Shown: piece after piece, positions 36,908-46,581 of the stretch
How the letters are laid out: each line of letters opens with the position of its first letter
How positions within the stretch are numbered: the stretch's first letter is position 1
The notes under the pieces: generated by a model
The model's input: the letters and a program-made list of their open reading frames with translations, nothing else
The model's database searches: none
What the model was told of the DNA's origin: nothing
DNA from: Aquabacterium sp.
Lineage (GTDB): Bacteria > Pseudomonadota > Gammaproteobacteria > Burkholderiales > Burkholderiaceae_C
Direction of reading: 5' to 3'
Length of the DNA stretch: 64,000 bases
Assembly (NCBI RefSeq): GCF_016234775.1
Contig: NZ_JACRAH010000019.1
Location: forward strand, 10,105 to 74,104
Program-made: the position numbers and the translations under genes

Positions 36908-38560
36908 TCACCGAGGCAGGTCTTGCACCAGCTTGAGTGAGCCTTGCCCGTCAGGATTGAACTGCCAGGTCCGGCGTTGATGTCCGCCGCCCTGAAGCGG
37001 GGTGTAGGAGGTGAAAACGGGGGCGCCGGTGTGCTCGATCTGGCTGATGTTCAGGATGGACCAGACGCCTTGCTCTCGTGCCAATTGGCTGGTGGCAAGT
37101 GGTCGGGCCAGGTTTTGTTCGACGTTGTAGCTCACCAGGCTGGCAACCGGGCATTGGGCACCGGCATTGGCCTGACACCACACCATGTGCGTCATTCCGC
37201 CATGAGTCTGGGATGTGAGCAAGGCGTGCAGGATGCTCACGCCGCGGGCGACCACCTGGGCCGTCTGCTGGCTGGACAGATCTGCTCGCGCGATCGTCCA
37301 GCGGGTCTCGCTCATGTCTTCCGCTTGCAGAATCAGGGCAACCCGCCCGAGCGTGAGCACAATGGGATCGGGCTGGTTGGCCTGAACGGATTCAAACAGC
37401 GTGTACGCCGCGCCGGTTGTTCTGGACAAGGCTCTGACTTGGGTCTTGCCCGGTGAGCCGGGCACATCTTGCACGAACAACAACTCCTGCGGCGTACTGA
37501 CGGCCACGTCGTCGCCCAGCCTGGATTCGTCCAGGTCGGGCGGTGTGGCCACGGCCTGGGCGCGGTGTTGCCCGTCCAGTTGCCACAGTCGGCCATCGAC
37601 GATGAAGTACAGACCGGTTTCATGCGCCCAGGCTACCCGCGGCGCGGAGGGGTTTGTATTGGTCAAGCGGGCTGCGGGTGCGGTGCTCAACGCAATCCGG
37701 CCATCGGACCAGTCGAGGACATGGATGGCCTGCTCGATCTTGACATAGGCCTGATCCACCTTGCCGGGCACCTGGCCCAGCAGGCGCGCACCGAACAGGC
37801 TGGGGTCGTCGATGCTGCGGCGACCGCCGTCTGCCTGGATGAAGGTGATGCCGCTGGGGGTAGACAGCAACAGGCCGGTGAGCTGCCCCTGTGGCGTATA
37901 GCGGGGGCCCAGCATCCAGTGAGGATAAAAGTCAATGCGGACAGGGGGCTCGGATGCGGTTTGCCAGGAACCGATCAGCACGGGCACGTCGTCCGTGTCG
38001 CTGGCATTCATGCCGTCGCATTGGCCGTTGGCACCGGGCAGCGACACCAGGAGCCAGGCCACGTCGCCACTGGTATCGCTGTTGATCACGCGCTCGATCC
38101 GGCAAGCCGCGCTGGTCTGGCTCAGCTGCCTGGGGCGTGGCGTCGTGTCACCTTGCAGGGACAGGGTCTGGACCACGCCTTGGTCAATGTAGAACAGTCT
38201 TTGTGCAGGGCCCTGGCTGATCGGTACACCATCGGCATTGACCGTCATGGATGTGGACAGGGCGACAGACAGGGTTTCCGATGCGAGTGACCACACCACC
38301 TGCCCGGTTTGCGGGGAGATGACCTTGATCTCCTGGGGCTGGTCGCCGCGCCAGGGGTCATCCAGCGGGGTGGCGTAGGCCAGCGCCACTTGGTAGGCCG
38401 CATTCGCGGGGTTGGCTGCCAGGGAGTTCGGGCTTGCCTGATTGTCATCCCGGCCATCTCCCGCGCCGCATGCGCTCAGTAGCAGTGCCGCCACGAGCAT
38501 GGTGCAGCCCAGCCATGTTGGCCCGATCTTCATCCCTGTTGTTGTATTTGTTGTCGTCAT
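36908..38560 (-). CDS. hypothetical lipoprotein (about 550 aa), paralog of 44395..46011
   Basis: Lipobox LLLSAC. No family recognised. Shares an alignable Cys-containing block and overall length with the second lipoprotein. Confidence 0.65.
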   Translation of the reverse strand: MTTTNTTTGMKIGPTWLGCTMLVAALLLSACGAGDGRDDNQASPNSLAANPANAAYQVALAYATPLDDPWRGDQPQEIKVISPQTGQVVWSLASETLSVALSTSMTVNADGVPISQGPAQRLFYIDQGVVQTLSLQGDTTPRPRQLSQTSAACRIERVINSDTSGDVAWLLVSLPGANGQCDGMNASDTDDVPVLIGSWQTASEPPVRIDFYPHWMLGPRYTPQGQLTGLLLSTPSGITFIQADGGRRSIDDPSLFGARLLGQVPGKVDQAYVKIEQAIHVLDWSDGRIALSTAPAARLTNTNPSAPRVAWAHETGLYFIVDGRLWQLDGQHRAQAVATPPDLDESRLGDDVAVSTPQELLFVQDVPGSPGKTQVRALSRTTGAAYTLFESVQANQPDPIVLTLGRVALILQAEDMSETRWTIARADLSSQQTAQVVARGVSILHALLTSQTHGGMTHMVWCQANAGAQCPVASLVSYNVEQNLARPLATSQLAREQGVWSILNISQIEHTGAPVFTSYTPLQGGGHQRRTWQFNPDGQGSLKLVQDLPR

Positions 38561-38680
38561 GTCACGGCCAACGTTGATCTAAACCACGATTATCGATCTG
38601 CACGCAATCCGTTACATCCCTTGCCTGAGGGGCTGTGGGAGGATGCGTTTGCGACATGAAAATGCTGTCTGCCACCTCCA

Positions 38681-39754
38681 ATGTCCGGATTCTGGAATAT
38701 GAAACCCTCACGCAAACTCGCTCAAGCCGTCGCCATCTGTGCGTTGGTCACATGTGTCAGCCAGGCCCAGGCCGGGCAGAAGTTCTGCGTGTTTGACTTT
38801 CTGGGCGCAGCGGGTGATCTCTACAACCTGACGAAGGATTACGCCGTGGCCATGCAGCGCCATGGCGTGGATCTGGAGTTGAAGGGCTTCAACAACGAGG
38901 CCCAGGCCACGGAAGAGTTCAAGAACGGCAATTGCGATGCCATGGTGGCCACGGCCTTTCGCACGCGCCAGTTCAACTCGGTAGCAGCTTCGATCGACTC
39001 GCTGGGTTCGACCACCATCTTGCGCAACGGCAAGGTGGACATGCATGGCACATACGAGGTCTTGCGCAAGCTGATTCAGACCTACGCCGCGCCCTCGCCT
39101 CAGGTCACCAAACTGATGACCAATGGCAACTATGAGGTGGGCGGCATCGCGCCAGCCGGTGCGGCCTATCCGTTTGTGAACAACCGCGCGCTCAGCTCCG
39201 TTGAAGCGCTGGCCGGCAAACGCATCTCGGCCTTTGACTACGACAAGGCTCAGGCCGCGATGATCCAGCGCATCAACGCGGTGCCGGTGTCCACCGACAT
39301 CTCGAACTTCCACATCAAGTTCAACAACGGTCAGCTTGACATGATGGCCGCGCCCACCATGGCTTACAAGCCGCTGGAATTGCAAAAGGGCATGGGCAGC
39401 AAAGGCGGCGTCACGCGCTTTCCGCTGCTGATCGTGTCCTACCAGATGATTTTCAAGCGCGATCGCTTTCCTGATGGCTACGGCGAAAAGTCGCGCGAGT
39501 TCTGGATGAGCCAGTTCGACCGCGTGCTGCAGATCATCCGCACGGCGGATTCGACCATCCCGCCCATGGCCTGGATCGACATCGAACCCGAAGATGCCGT
39601 CAAGTACACCTTGATGCTGCGCGAATCACGCGTGCAATTGGCGCAGCAAGGGCTGTATGACAAGCGCGGTCTCAAGGTGATCAAGCGCATTCGTTGCCAT
39701 GTGAACCCCGGCGATCCAGAATGCCAGACCAGATCCGAAGAGGATTGGAAGTAA
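38681..39754 (+). CDS. secreted periplasmic-binding-protein-like protein, paralog 2 of 3
   Basis: Signal peptide ending SQAQA (alternative start ATG 38699). Most positions are identical by eye to 39932..40981. Confidence 0.8.
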   Translation: MSGFWNMKPSRKLAQAVAICALVTCVSQAQAGQKFCVFDFLGAAGDLYNLTKDYAVAMQRHGVDLELKGFNNEAQATEEFKNGNCDAMVATAFRTRQFNSVAASIDSLGSTTILRNGKVDMHGTYEVLRKLIQTYAAPSPQVTKLMTNGNYEVGGIAPAGAAYPFVNNRALSSVEALAGKRISAFDYDKAQAAMIQRINAVPVSTDISNFHIKFNNGQLDMMAAPTMAYKPLELQKGMGSKGGVTRFPLLIVSYQMIFKRDRFPDGYGEKSREFWMSQFDRVLQIIRTADSTIPPMAWIDIEPEDAVKYTLMLRESRVQLAQQGLYDKRGLKVIKRIRCHVNPGDPECQTRSEEDWK

Positions 39755-39931
39755 AACGGGTCGGATGGGTCGTCTTTTGTGTCCGGATGATCCCTTGCGC
39801 GTGTTGAACATTGTGGTGCGAACCCCTGAATGAGAGGGGCGTGGCGCTTGGTGTTTGTTTAACGAGCGCCAATAATTCTGGCTTCCTTTTTTGCGCAGCA
39901 TCGGGCGTGTGAACCACGCAGGGAGTCAGGC

Positions 39932-40981
39932 ATGCGAGGCGGTATCAAGAGTCTTTTGGCGGCATCGGCCCTGGTTTGGGGTGCCGGGGCCGTGCAGGCG
40001 GGGCAGAAGTTCTGCGTTTTTGATTTCCTGGGCACGTCCGGGGATGCTTACGGCATGTCCAAGGACTACGCCCTGGCCATGCAGCGCTATGGCGTGGACG
40101 TGGAGCTAAAGGCTTACACCAGCGAGGCTGTCGCCACGGAAGACTTCCGCACCGGCAATTGCGATGCTTTCATCGCCACGGCGTTTCGCACGCGGCAGTT
40201 CAATGCGGCGGCCGCATCGATCGATTCCTTTGGCGCTACCACCATCGTGCGCCATGGCGCCATCGACATGAACGCCTCGTATGAGGTGCTGCGCAAGTTG
40301 ATTCAGACCTACTCGACGCCTTCCCCACTGGTCTCCAGGCTGATGGTGCAGGGTGAGTATGAGGTGGGTGGCATCCTGCCCATCGGGCCAGCCTATCCGT
40401 TTGTCAATGATCGGCGCATCAATTCGGTGGAAGCCCTGGCAGGCAAGCGCATCGCGGCGTTTGACTACGACAAGGCGCAGGCCGTGATGATCCAGCGTAT
40501 TGGCGCGCAGCCCGTATCGGCCGACGTGAGCAATGTGCACACCAAGTTCAACAACGGCCTGGTGGACATGATTGCCTTGCCCACGCTGGCCTACAAGCCG
40601 CTGGAGCTGTACAGGGGCCTGGGTTCCAAAGGGGGCGTTGGGCGCTTTCCCATCATGATCGCGTCCTACCAGATGGTCTTCAAGCGGGGGCGCTTTCCGG
40701 AAGGCTTTGGTGAGTGGTCCCGCGCCTACTGGCTGGGCCAGTTCGATCGCATGCTGCAGCTCATTCGCACGGGGGACGCGTCCATTCCGCCGGCCCAATG
40801 GATCGAGATCAACGCGGAAGATGCCTACAAGTACACGCTGATGCTGCGGGAGTCCCGCATTGCGCTGGCCCAGCAGGGTTTTTATGACAAGCGCGGCCTG
40901 AAGGTGATCAAACGCATCCGGTGCCATGTGAACCCCAGCGATCCGGAGTGCACGACCAAGTCCGAAGAAGAGTGGAAGTAG
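39932..40981 (+). CDS. secreted periplasmic-binding-protein-like protein, paralog 3 of 3
   Basis: GGGAG upstream of the ATG. Signal peptide MRGGIKSLLAASALVWGAGAVQA. Tandem duplicate of the preceding gene. Confidence 0.8.
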   Translation: MRGGIKSLLAASALVWGAGAVQAGQKFCVFDFLGTSGDAYGMSKDYALAMQRYGVDVELKAYTSEAVATEDFRTGNCDAFIATAFRTRQFNAAAASIDSFGATTIVRHGAIDMNASYEVLRKLIQTYSTPSPLVSRLMVQGEYEVGGILPIGPAYPFVNDRRINSVEALAGKRIAAFDYDKAQAVMIQRIGAQPVSADVSNVHTKFNNGLVDMIALPTLAYKPLELYRGLGSKGGVGRFPIMIASYQMVFKRGRFPEGFGEWSRAYWLGQFDRMLQLIRTGDASIPPAQWIEINAEDAYKYTLMLRESRIALAQQGFYDKRGLKVIKRIRCHVNPSDPECTTKSEEEWK

Positions 40982-41024
40982 CCGCCAACTGCCCATTTAT
41001 TCGCTGGCCACTTGCAGCAGGTGT

Positions 41025-42329
41025 GTGCATCATGGCCTGATGACCGTCATACCCTTCATCCGCTCCTGGGCCCGGGCCTGTCGGTGGCTCGTGTGGCTTG
41101 CCGTGATCTGGGCCACCAGCGTCGCCGCCGAGACCGCGCCTGACCTTGGGCCTGTGCGTCTCAACGGGTTCGGCAGCCTGGCGCTGACCCGAACCTTGTC
41201 GGTGGGGGATCAGTCCCTGCGGCGCGATATTTCCCAGCAGACGCAGGCACACACGAATTCGTTCGCCACGGACTCCCGGTTGGGCTTGCAGCTGCACTAT
41301 GACGCCCGCCCTGATCTGGAGCTGGTGTCGCAGGTGGTGATCAAGAAGCGCTTGCCGGACAGCCCGGCTGACGGGGCGCTGGAGTGGTTGTTTGCCTCCT
41401 ACCGGCCGCGCGATGACTGGACGATCCGTGTTGGCCGGACCAATACGGACATTTTCCTGCTGTCAGACGTCGGCAGCGTGGGGTTCGCCTACCCCTGGAT
41501 TCGCCCCAACTCGGACTTCTACATCGCTCTGCCGCTCTACACGATGGATGGCGTGGACGCGACCTGGACGGTGCAAAGCGGGGATGCCAGGTGGAAGCTC
41601 AAAGGCTTCGCAGGCAATTCGACCACACAGGGGATCCTGTCGATCAATCCTGGTGAACTCTATAACTTCAAGATCACGCCGGCCATCGGCCTGGTGGTCT
41701 CGCGCGAGAACGATGGCTTGTTGTTGCGGGCCACCGTGGCCAAGGCCCGAGTGAGCGCGGACATGTCGCCACGGGCCAGCATGGCCCTGGAAAGCCTTCG
41801 ACAGCTGGCGGCCTCGCCTTACCCTGAGGTGGCGCGGCAGGCGAACGAACTCGCCAAGCGTGCCGATCTGACGGCCAGATCGGCGAACTTCTATGAAATT
41901 GGCGTCAACTACGAGCGTGATAACTGGTTGATCAGCGCCGAGTTCAGTCAGGTCGACATGGACACCGGTACGCGTGCAGCCAGATCGGCCTACGCGTCTG
42001 TGGGACACCGGTTTGGCGATCTGACGCTCTACGGCATGGTGGGCAAGAGCGTCTCGAGTTTTGATGCGCAGGCCATCCCGAACTGGCAGGCCTTAGGGCC
42101 CGAGGCACAGGCACTGGGCATCGCCGCAGCCACGCTGGCCAACGGTGCGCGGGTGGATCAGCGTTCATGGTCGATGGGCGCCCGCTGGGATGTTCATCCG
42201 CAATTGGCACTCAAGCTCCAGTTCGATCAGTTCTGGGTCGCGCCCAATGGTGGCGCCCTCTGGATCGGTGACGATCAACAGGCCAGCAAGCCCAGAGTCT
42301 GGTCTGGCGGTCTGGATTTCGTGTTCTGA
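41025..42329 (+). CDS. putative outer-membrane beta-barrel (porin-like) protein
   Basis: Signal peptide (alternative start 41040). Alternating hydrophobic beta-strand pattern and a C-terminal ...WSGGLDFVF with terminal Phe. Confidence 0.6.
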   Translation: MHHGLMTVIPFIRSWARACRWLVWLAVIWATSVAAETAPDLGPVRLNGFGSLALTRTLSVGDQSLRRDISQQTQAHTNSFATDSRLGLQLHYDARPDLELVSQVVIKKRLPDSPADGALEWLFASYRPRDDWTIRVGRTNTDIFLLSDVGSVGFAYPWIRPNSDFYIALPLYTMDGVDATWTVQSGDARWKLKGFAGNSTTQGILSINPGELYNFKITPAIGLVVSRENDGLLLRATVAKARVSADMSPRASMALESLRQLAASPYPEVARQANELAKRADLTARSANFYEIGVNYERDNWLISAEFSQVDMDTGTRAARSAYASVGHRFGDLTLYGMVGKSVSSFDAQAIPNWQALGPEAQALGIAAATLANGARVDQRSWSMGARWDVHPQLALKLQFDQFWVAPNGGALWIGDDQQASKPRVWSGGLDFVF

Positions 42330-42341
42330 GGTGGTCACTAC

Positions 42342-42779
42342 ATGATGCCCACGCTTGGACGCTTCCTGCTGGTGATGTGGATGGCCTTGTCATCCGCACA
42401 CGCTGCTGCGGATATTTTCGTGATCGTGAACGCTGCCAATCCGGTTCGCAGCCTGACGAACAAGGAGACGGTCGACCTGTTCATGGGGCGCACGCGGCTC
42501 TACGCCAATGGCGATCACGTCTTTGTCTGTGACCTGCCCAGGGACAGCAGTGTGCGGGCCGATTTCTACCGCCAGATGACCGGCATGACCCAGGCTCAGA
42601 TCAACAGCTATTGGGCGCGCCTCATGTTCTCGGGCCAGGTGATGCCGCCACAGGCATTTGGCAGCGAGCAGGAAATCCTGGATGTGGTCAAGCGCAATCC
42701 CGGTGCCATTGGCTATGTAGGCCATGAGCCTCAGGACAGGAATGTGCGCGTGGTGCTGGTCATGAAGGACGGGCACTGA
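42342..42779 (+). CDS. small secreted PBP-like (PstS-like fold) protein
   Basis: 145 aa. Signal peptide ending SAHA. The sequence (IFVIVNAANPVRSLTNKETVDLFMGR...FYRQMTGMTQAQINSYWARLMFSG...GAIGYV) resembles short phosphate-binding-protein-like domains often encoded beside signalling proteins. Confidence 0.6.
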   Translation: MMPTLGRFLLVMWMALSSAHAAADIFVIVNAANPVRSLTNKETVDLFMGRTRLYANGDHVFVCDLPRDSSVRADFYRQMTGMTQAQINSYWARLMFSGQVMPPQAFGSEQEILDVVKRNPGAIGYVGHEPQDRNVRVVLVMKDGH

Positions 42780-42785
42780 GCCACC

Positions 42786-44375
42786 ATGATGAACTTCAAG
42801 GGCTTGCAGTTCAGGTTCCTGGCGCTGGTGGCGGTGGCCACGCTGGTGTCCATGCTGGTCACGGGTACCGTGGCCTACCTGCGAAGCTATGACCATGCGC
42901 TGGGCAGCAGCCGCGCCACACTCAATGGCCTGATCAAGGCCATCGACCGATCGGCGGCAATCGGCGCCTACGCACAGGACAAGGTCTTGTTGCAGGAGCT
43001 GGTTGACGGCATGGCGCAGCACCAGTTGGTGGCCCGCGTGGAGGCCCGCGATCCGCAAGGCACCGTCCTGGTCTACAAGGACAACCCGGGCGCACAAGGC
43101 GCCACCAGCCTGGGGGCGATCCGTCATCGTTTGATCTCACCGTTTGACAAGCACGAGTCGGTTGGCGAGATCGTCGTCATGGCTGACAGCGATCACATGC
43201 AGGCAGCCGCACGCGAGGAGGCGACCACGCTGTCCATCATGTTCGTGCTGCACAGCGCCATGCTGGCCTGGTTGATCTATGCGCTGGGGGATCGCATCGT
43301 TTCGCGGCCCATCGTGAAGTTGGCGGGGGCCCTGCGGCGCATGAAGCCCGGCACGACCGAACAGTTGTCGGTGGCCGCCATTCACCAGTTTGATGAAATC
43401 GGCTCCCTCGTCGAAGGGGCGAACGCCTTGTTGCGCACCAATCAGGAGGCGCTGCACAAGGAGCGTGAACTGCGCGCCGAAGTCGAGCGCATGGAGGCGC
43501 AGTATCGGCAGATCTTTGACTCCAGCAGCGCCGGCATCTTCGTGCTTGGGCCTACGGGTCAGCTGATCAACTGCAATCCAACCGTGTTGCGCATTCTGGG
43601 TATGGACACGCAAGACATGGCGCAACTCAGCGGCACGGATTTTCTCAAGCAGGTGTTCGTGCATCCAGAACTGGCCACCGGCCTGATCGAAGAGGCCATG
43701 GCCGCTGGCGATACCGTGACGCATGACCTGGAAGTCAAACACCATCGTGATGGTGTGCGCTGGGTGCATTGCCTGTTTTCCGTGCAGCGGGCGGCACGTC
43801 GTGCCGAAGGTGTGATGTATGACATCACCGAGCGCAAGCGTGCCGAACTGGCCGCCTTGAGACAGGCTGAGCACGACAGCCTGACCGGGCTGAAGAACCG
43901 TGCAGCCTGTGATGCTGCGATCGATCACTTCCTCGACGAAGCCGCGCGTTTCCGGGTGCCGGTCAGCCTGTTGTATGTGGACCTGGATGGGTTCAAGCGC
44001 GTGAACGACACCATGGGCCACAAGGCGGGTGATCAGGTGCTGGTGCAATGCGCCAGCCGCCTCAGGCAGGCCATGCGGCGATCATCGGATGTGCTGGCCC
44101 GTGTGGGCGGTGACGAGTTCGTGGCCGTCCTGTATGGCGTGGGGCCTGGCGACAAGGTGCTGATGGAGATCGCCAGCGAGATCGTGGCGGGGCTGTGCCA
44201 GCCCTTTGTGCTGGAAGATGGGCAACAAGCCCACCTGGGGGGCAGCGTGGGCATGGCCTGCTACCCCCTTCATGCCCATCACCGCAAGCAGCTGATGGCT
44301 GTAGCTGATGAGGCCATGTACGCCGTCAAGCACTCAGGCAAGAACGCATTTGCCATGGCGGTGCGCCATGCCTGA
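42786..44375 (+). CDS. membrane diguanylate cyclase (periplasmic loop-HAMP-PAS-GGDEF)
   Basis: 529 aa. Two TM segments flank a loop of about 130 aa. HAMP-like linker, PAS (YRQIFDSSSAGIFVLG), and a GGDEF domain with RVGGDEF. Confidence 0.9.
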   Translation: MMNFKGLQFRFLALVAVATLVSMLVTGTVAYLRSYDHALGSSRATLNGLIKAIDRSAAIGAYAQDKVLLQELVDGMAQHQLVARVEARDPQGTVLVYKDNPGAQGATSLGAIRHRLISPFDKHESVGEIVVMADSDHMQAAAREEATTLSIMFVLHSAMLAWLIYALGDRIVSRPIVKLAGALRRMKPGTTEQLSVAAIHQFDEIGSLVEGANALLRTNQEALHKERELRAEVERMEAQYRQIFDSSSAGIFVLGPTGQLINCNPTVLRILGMDTQDMAQLSGTDFLKQVFVHPELATGLIEEAMAAGDTVTHDLEVKHHRDGVRWVHCLFSVQRAARRAEGVMYDITERKRAELAALRQAEHDSLTGLKNRAACDAAIDHFLDEAARFRVPVSLLYVDLDGFKRVNDTMGHKAGDQVLVQCASRLRQAMRRSSDVLARVGGDEFVAVLYGVGPGDKVLMEIASEIVAGLCQPFVLEDGQQAHLGGSVGMACYPLHAHHRKQLMAVADEAMYAVKHSGKNAFAMAVRHA

Positions 44376-44394
44376 GACTACATCTGCCTGAGCT

Positions 44395-46011
44395 TCACCG
44401 TGGCGTGATGGCGGCGGCCTTGTTGGCATTGAACAGCCACAGCGTTTCAGCGTTCTCATTGAGCGTGCTGATGCCACGCAGCAGGCCTTGGGTCAGGTTG
44501 GAGACGCTGGCCGTCAGCGTGCCGCTGTCCCAGCCGCTCAGCGTGCTGTTGTCGGCGATGGTCAGGGTGGTGTTGCTGCTCAGTGCGTGGCTCCGCACGT
44601 TGCTGCCTTCTTTCCAGACCAGATGGCTGTGGTCGGCCTCACCTGCCAGTGTACGGCTCGCGCTGTTGATGACCGTCACCAGGCTGGCATCCGAACTCAG
44701 CAGCGTGATGGCATCGTTGTTGGCCAGCTCGATGCGAGACAGGGACACGGCATCCTCGCCCGTGACCAGTTGCTGGCTGACCAGGAGGATGTCGCCAGCG
44801 TGAGCCAGGGTGTCCACGTGCAGGGTCGGGCCGCTCAACACGATCGGGCGCTGGCTCTTGTCGGCCTTCTTGACGATGGTCAGGGTGTCAGCGCCATCAC
44901 GGCGAATCACCACGGCCAGCGAGCTGGGCGTCATGGCGTGGCCGGCGATTTCGGGCATCTGGTCTGCGGTGCCAAGTGCCAATCGGGTGACCTCTTCCGC
45001 AGTCGCCTGGCCGGGTTTGATGCGCCACAGCATCAGCTCGATCGATTCCACTGGCGTGACGCTGGGTACCGCAGCAGCCACGGCCACCGTGCTGGCAAGC
45101 CGGATGTCCGCGAAATACGTGGCCTCGTCATCTGTGTGCACGAAAGGTGGCTGAACCAGATTGAGTGAGGCCAGCTTGGTGGTGTCCAGCGAGGCGGTCG
45201 CCCAGTTCAGGCTGCGTACATCGTTGCCGATGCGCAGGTACACCTTGTCCGTGCTGCCGGCCACCTTGCCGAAGACGGCAACGGATGTACCGGGAAGCAC
45301 GTCGCCATTGATCACGGCGGTGCTCTCCGAGGTGCTGCGGGCGGTGATGGTCAGTTTGTTGTCGGCATCCAGGCTGAGTACGCGGGCGATGGCGCCGGTG
45401 CTGTCGCGCTGGACATCAATGAAGGCTTGCGCGGACGCTGTGGTGTCGGAACTTGACGAGAGCGCGGTTCTGGCTTGATTGTCAGCCAGCGTGCTGCAAT
45501 CGCCATCCGGGCCGGCGTTGGTGTAGCTCAGCAAGCTGGTGCGGGCGGTGGCATCGGTCTCGACGACGCCACGCAACTCGCAGGCCTGCGTTTCGGAAGA
45601 CACCTGGCGGGCCGTGGGCTGGCTCAGTTCGTTGCTGACGTGTTCCAGCGAGATTTCATAGAGCTTGCGCTGGTAGATGTAGTAGGCCGCGGTTTGCCGC
45701 CCGGCCACGTAGCTCTTGCCATCGGCTGAGACGGTGAAGGCCTGTGCCAGCTTGGGGTTGGTGTATGGATCGATCGGGGTGGCCATGACTTCGGTGCCGG
45801 TGACGTCATCAACCAGGGCGAGCTCTGCCGTGACAGTTTCTCCGGCCAGGGCGTTGCGCACGCCCGTCAGGTAGCTGCTGGTGCCGGGCGTGAGAACCGA
45901 GCTGCTTCCCGCTTGCGGTTCACTGTCATCGTTGTTGAGGTCACACGCGGTGAGCACGGTGCTGGTGGCCAGCAGGATCAGCAAGCTGGATGAAAGGCGG
46001 CTCAGGGCCAT
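44395..46011 (-). CDS. hypothetical lipoprotein (538 aa), paralog of 36908..38560
   Basis: Lipobox VLTAC. The block PTARQVSSETQACELRGVVETDATARTSLLSYTNAGPDGDC aligns with PRPRQLSQTSAACRIERVINSDTSGDVAWLLVSLPGANGQC of the other lipoprotein. Confidence 0.65.
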   Translation of the reverse strand: MALSRLSSSLLILLATSTVLTACDLNNDDSEPQAGSSSVLTPGTSSYLTGVRNALAGETVTAELALVDDVTGTEVMATPIDPYTNPKLAQAFTVSADGKSYVAGRQTAAYYIYQRKLYEISLEHVSNELSQPTARQVSSETQACELRGVVETDATARTSLLSYTNAGPDGDCSTLADNQARTALSSSSDTTASAQAFIDVQRDSTGAIARVLSLDADNKLTITARSTSESTAVINGDVLPGTSVAVFGKVAGSTDKVYLRIGNDVRSLNWATASLDTTKLASLNLVQPPFVHTDDEATYFADIRLASTVAVAAAVPSVTPVESIELMLWRIKPGQATAEEVTRLALGTADQMPEIAGHAMTPSSLAVVIRRDGADTLTIVKKADKSQRPIVLSGPTLHVDTLAHAGDILLVSQQLVTGEDAVSLSRIELANNDAITLLSSDASLVTVINSASRTLAGEADHSHLVWKEGSNVRSHALSSNTTLTIADNSTLSGWDSGTLTASVSNLTQGLLRGISTLNENAETLWLFNANKAAAITPR

Positions 46012-46347
46012 GGTTTGTCTCCTCGGTACGCTTTGGAACTGTTCAGGTCACCGTGACGCCGGTGATGCGTGCCATTGCCTGGCGCGCCTGAATCAGTGGG
46101 TGACGGGGCGAACCGAGAAAACTGTGATGGAAGTCACAAATATGGCCTGGGCCATTCTGACCAGCGATGTCCGAATCTGTTCCTCGGGCTTGCACCTAGT
46201 TGGCGCACGAGGCTGTAACCAGATGCGAAAGCCTTTGGGTGACGCAGGCGGTGCCGTGGGTCAAGTCACTGGCGCGCGCAGGCAAGTCATCTGAACGTCA
46301 AACATTCAATATGACGGCTCTTTTTCATCAACGGTTGGAGACACGGC

Positions 46348-46575
46348 ATGGCCGCAGGCAGTAAAGGGGGTAGCAAGTTGCTGCAATTGAGTTTCGCCAT
46401 TCACGCGATGGTGTACGTGATGGTGATGGTGGGCCTGTGGCGTATCAATGCCTCGACCTCCCAGTTTGACTGGGCCAGCATCGTGGCCTGGGGATGGGGC
46501 ATCGGCCTGGCTGCCCACGGCATGGTCTGGCTGGCATTTGGCCGAGGCGGCGCCGGCCGCAGCCGTTCGGCCTGA
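46348..46575 (+). CDS. 2TM-domain small membrane protein
   Basis: 75 aa with two hydrophobic helices (FAIHAMVYVMVMVGLW ... VAWGWGIGLAAHGMVWLAF). Confidence 0.6.
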   Translation: MAAGSKGGSKLLQLSFAIHAMVYVMVMVGLWRINASTSQFDWASIVAWGWGIGLAAHGMVWLAFGRGGAGRSRSA

Positions 46576-46581
46576 CCTTGC

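Noticed and set aside
39879-39894. Sigma-54-like TGGC...TTGC element upstream of the third binding-protein paralog.
   Set aside because: The GG to GC spacing is one nucleotide longer than the strict -24/-12 geometry, and no enhancer-binding protein is encoded nearby.
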